A stretch of DNA of 64,000 bases from Tricharina praecox (lineage: Eukaryota): positions 62,001 to 126,000 of the forward strand of contig NW_026250409.1 of the NCBI RefSeq assembly GCF_024521635.1, in the 5' to 3' direction. The notes beneath the pieces are model-generated. The model was not told where the DNA came from and made no database searches. It saw only the letters and a program-made list of their open reading frames with translations. Each line of letters opens with the position of its first letter. Positions within the stretch are counted from its first letter, which is position 1. Made by a program: the position numbers and the translations under genes. Shown in pieces: positions 60,261-64,000 of the stretch.

Positions 60261-62971
60261 GTCTCACTCGGTAAGAATCGGCGCTAATGGTCAACCTCGA
60301 TCTGATAGGGTGGTGCTGGATCGGCGGCGGCTAAGTTAGACGCGTGATTCCAAAGCATTCCATCCACACAAAGTAACACCATCTTCAATGGATAATGCCA
60401 AAGACAACAAAGAACCTGTGAGATGCACCACAGAACTTTGGGATCGCGATTACCGATCAGCCTTTGGGTTGTAAGCTTCTCATCCGCCTCCGAAAGTCGC
60501 TTTTTACGAGTGAGGCCAAGTGAACGAACCACACGCTCTACGAAAGGACTCCCCTCTTCGGTAGCGATCCAGATATTCCTCGCCTCGCAGCCCTCCATCC
60601 GCCCTTTTTCGGCACAAGATTCCTCACCTTGAATGATCCCGGGATCCGGCTGAGTTCGCAGGCTGGACTCCTCGCATGGGGCGAGCGTCGAAAGCTACAT
60701 ACAACAAGGAATTCCGGGGTCTCTTCTATGCCCTCTATCGCCGTCTGTTGATGCTCGACTAACTTCCAAGAGATAACCAACTTACGTTTCACGAATCAAT
60801 CCTCGTAACTTACACCATCATTCATAGCGACCGCGAGCGAGGTTCTATTACTTGTACCGATGGCCCGTCCCAGCTGAGTCGGATCTCCTTAACTATCTCC
60901 AAACTCCATGAGGATTCAGGAACGCGAAGTACATAAACCACAAGGCTCTGACGACCACGACTGAGTTGCTTCATACCTGCACGGAAGTATGCACCGGATT
61001 ACACGCGATTTCCATAAAACAAACGACCGCTCAACCCTCGCGAGTGGTAGTATCAAAACAAAACCGCTGGATTAACTACTACCGGGTGGTGCATAGACAC
61101 AGATGGGAAGCCGGACGGTCTTAGTCGACGAGACCAGGGGAACACCCACACCGAAGTCTTCGGGGAAGTAGGTAGCGTCTTCAACCGGCTGGAATCTGGG
61201 GGGCTCTTCGGCCACGGACGGCAACACCCTCAGCGCGTTGTCTTGAGACTTGCGCACTCTAGGTGATATGAAGAGACGGATCCTTTGTCGACGACTTCTT
61301 TGCATTTTGTGACACCTTGAATGGAGTTTCTACATAAGTCTCCTGCTCTTTGGTGGTTCATTGGGGGTCTATGATACCAACAAATCCTCAGCTCTTTCGA
61401 AAATGTATCCGGCCATGCTGTTGATCGCGAATGCCAGAACAGCGCTCAAGAGATACATACATGACAGAGGATTCCACCGTCTTCCCTACCCGCCCCGGTC
61501 AACCACCTTTAAAGCACCCACCAGCACCCACCATCACCAGCACGGTATATACAAACCCCTCTTCCTACTGCATCCAGTAATGATCCCACTATCCCACCAT
61601 GGCGAGTTCGAGAATGGTACCCGCGAACCATCAAGACAACGGGTTCCTCGGCCGGCTTCGACTTGGACATCCTGTGCTACTTACATAACTGAAATCGAAC
61701 GTTTCGAGGTGCACCAGCCAATAGCCAGAGAAGTACCGTACGTAGACCACATCCGCCCTACACCACTGAAAAAGAGCGAATCCCTCAATCTCCAATTGCC
61801 GCCTGCGGGTATGTGATTATGTACGGGCATGTATATACTATACCTAGAATCTCAGCGGTTATCGTGTGGAAACCCCATGCCTTCACCGGTACACCAGTAC
61901 ACCAGCACACTTGGCTCATGATGAATCCACCGGTGTTGAACACTGTCAAAGCATTTTCTCACGGGCTGATGTCACCGCCGCGCTCATTTATATCCCGGTA
62001 TGATTTCCAGCTTTCGTGAAAGCCATTTAGTGAAAGTACGTGGCATTACGGATGGAGTCGGTATTCAATCGCTCATGAGATCTCACTCGATTGTCGATGG
62101 CCGCTCGAGCCGGTCTCTAATAAGACCACTTTCGTCGCAGGAGGGACAGTGCACCATGACCATAGCCAACGTACCTAGTCCCCTCAATCGACGTGGTGAC
62201 CGCAAGTATCTTTTGTTCGCCCATAGAATCTGGGCTCCTATATACACCATCTTTTCGTTACATACAACCTACACATTCTCACTGGGGCTACCCAAAGGCC
62301 CAGCAATTGTAGTCGTGGTCAACCTCACTCCTCACTCGTATGGCAAAGCCTTATGCCCGTCTGACTGAAACATTGCATGTGATTACTCAGTAAACACTCT
62401 AATTGCGTAGTAATAACAACAATCAAACCACCCATCCTTTCCACCCTCCCTCTCCATCCATCCTCCCCCTCCCTCCACACACCATCACCCGCCTTCTCCC
62501 CATCAAATCAAATCAAAGACGAACAAAGCAAGCCAAACCTAACAATGCTAGAGATACAAAGGGGAGTAAAAAGGAAAAGAAAAGAAAAAAAGCCATTAAA
62601 CCCCCCCCCCCCCCCAATATCCCCACAAAAAAAAAGCAGAACGAACCAAGCCCGATGCAAACCCACCTTACACCCTTTCAAAAGCGCTAAAAACAGCAAG
62701 AGAGAAGCAAAACAGGAAAGGGAAAGGGAAAAGGGAAAATGAAGTAACTGGAAACAAAGAAAACTAAACCAAGACTAAAGGAACTTAAGTGGATGATGAA
62801 TCTTCTGAAGGAATGTCGCCAGAGGGAGTGGTCCGGCCTAGAAACGTAATAGATCCCCCGTCGTTGTCCTTCTCAAGAGAAGGACACTGCCGTTTGAAAG
62901 AAAGAAAGAAAGAGATCTTGACATCATGTAGCAAATTGTGTCCTTAGTTTGTGCTATCAGACTGTCGAAGT

Positions 62972-64000
62972 CTACTTCTGCTCCTGCTTCTGATCATCGC
63001 CCTCGTCGGGGTCGGACTCATCATCCTCATCATCGTCGTCGTCTTCTAGGTGGATAGACAGTCAGCTTACACCATCCAATCCGCGTGACTAGCCTCGCAA
63101 CAAGCTTCAGATCCCAAGCTCACCAAACACCATGTCCTCGTCACTATCAGTCCCGCCAAAGTCGCTCTCGCTATCGCACCAGAAATCATCGTCCACCTCC
63201 TCCTTAGGCGGCGGCGTGTTGTGATGACTGGGCATCACGAACCCCTCGGGGATATCGCGCTTGCTGTTCTCGACATTTTCCTTGACGATGCGCATGTAAT
63301 TGTCGGGGTCGCGACGGAGCATCACGGAGGCATCGACATTAGCGGCAGACGAGACTTCGGCGTCGTCGAGCAACGATAGGATCGAGATCAGGACGGTAAA
63401 GATTCGTTGAGCGGGGGACCAGCGTTCCTATACATGAAGCTTTCGTCAGACCCTCAAATACAAAACCATGTGCGCGGCACGGAAGGGGGCATCAAAGTTA
63501 CCGAAGCCAGCTCGCCTGACATTTCATCATCACCAGGAGTATGGAGGATCGAAATGCATAGCTTTCCGTCCTTGTAGATGTTGGGATGGAAGAGCGGACG
63601 GATGAAGCGAAACTCTGGGGGGGCCATGGGGTAGTTCTTAGGCATTTTGAGCTCGGCCTGAATAGATAGCAACCAGTCAGCGTTTCGCAAATAATCACCC
63701 CCCTCCCACCCCTCTCCATGCAACGACGAGGAAACTTACTTTCAGATACGCCCCATAGTACAAGCTGGTCGGGTTCACAACCAGCAGCGCCACGTTCCAC
63801 ACGAAGAGGTTTCCATCCCTAGGCTGTCGCAAAGTGTCAGCCTCATGATGGGGTAGAATACAGAGCATACACCCCAGCAAACTTGCTTGCAATCCGCCCC
63901 CTCCCCCCGTCAGCATAGCAGGCATACCTCAGCGTGGACCCAGTTCTCCTTCTGTAGCTCTTTGAGCTCTGTCATGAGCATCCGCTCAGCGATTTTCCGT
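62972..64000 (-). CDS. Ubiquitin-conjugating enzyme E2, Cdc34/Ubc15 type (5' end outside window; multiple introns)
   Basis: P.NYP..PP.F.F....FHPNIY.DG.LCISILH.PGDD..SGE...ERWSP acidic loop, S.ANVDAS, acidic tail. Confidence 0.92.

Overview
Eukaryotic, intron-containing DNA from a filamentous ascomycete. Pezizomycetes is my best guess from protein style and splice signals; it is an inference. Conserved genes in order: mitochondrial EF-Tu, glutamate-cysteine ligase modifier subunit, RAD5, GTPBP1-like GTPase, IBA57/CAF17, mitochondrial IF3, RPA3, a YHR131C/YNL144C-like PH protein, INO80, Spo12, PDX1/SNZ, a fungal membrane protein, DUF155 (RMND1/MRX10-like), an atypical PIP-kinase, an HSP20 and a 5'-truncated Cdc34/Ubc15-like E2. 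Two orphan Lys-rich genes carry coding minisatellites. The less ordinary signals are: (1) an orphan double-Myb gene with 11 x 53-aa repeats whose 5' leader consists of three tandemly duplicated exon+intron units, one with a dead donor; (2) three copies of a ~45-bp element ending in AATAAA plus (CT)n, resembling a non-LTR retroelement 3' tail; (3) a dispersed repeat whose second copy is inflated by small duplicative or palindromic insertions, a pattern seen throughout the intergenic DNA; (4) frequent GTT-type donors, a GC-AG intron and a 10-nt micro-exon. I found no rRNA, tRNA, CRISPR or intact transposase. Exon boundaries were called by eye.
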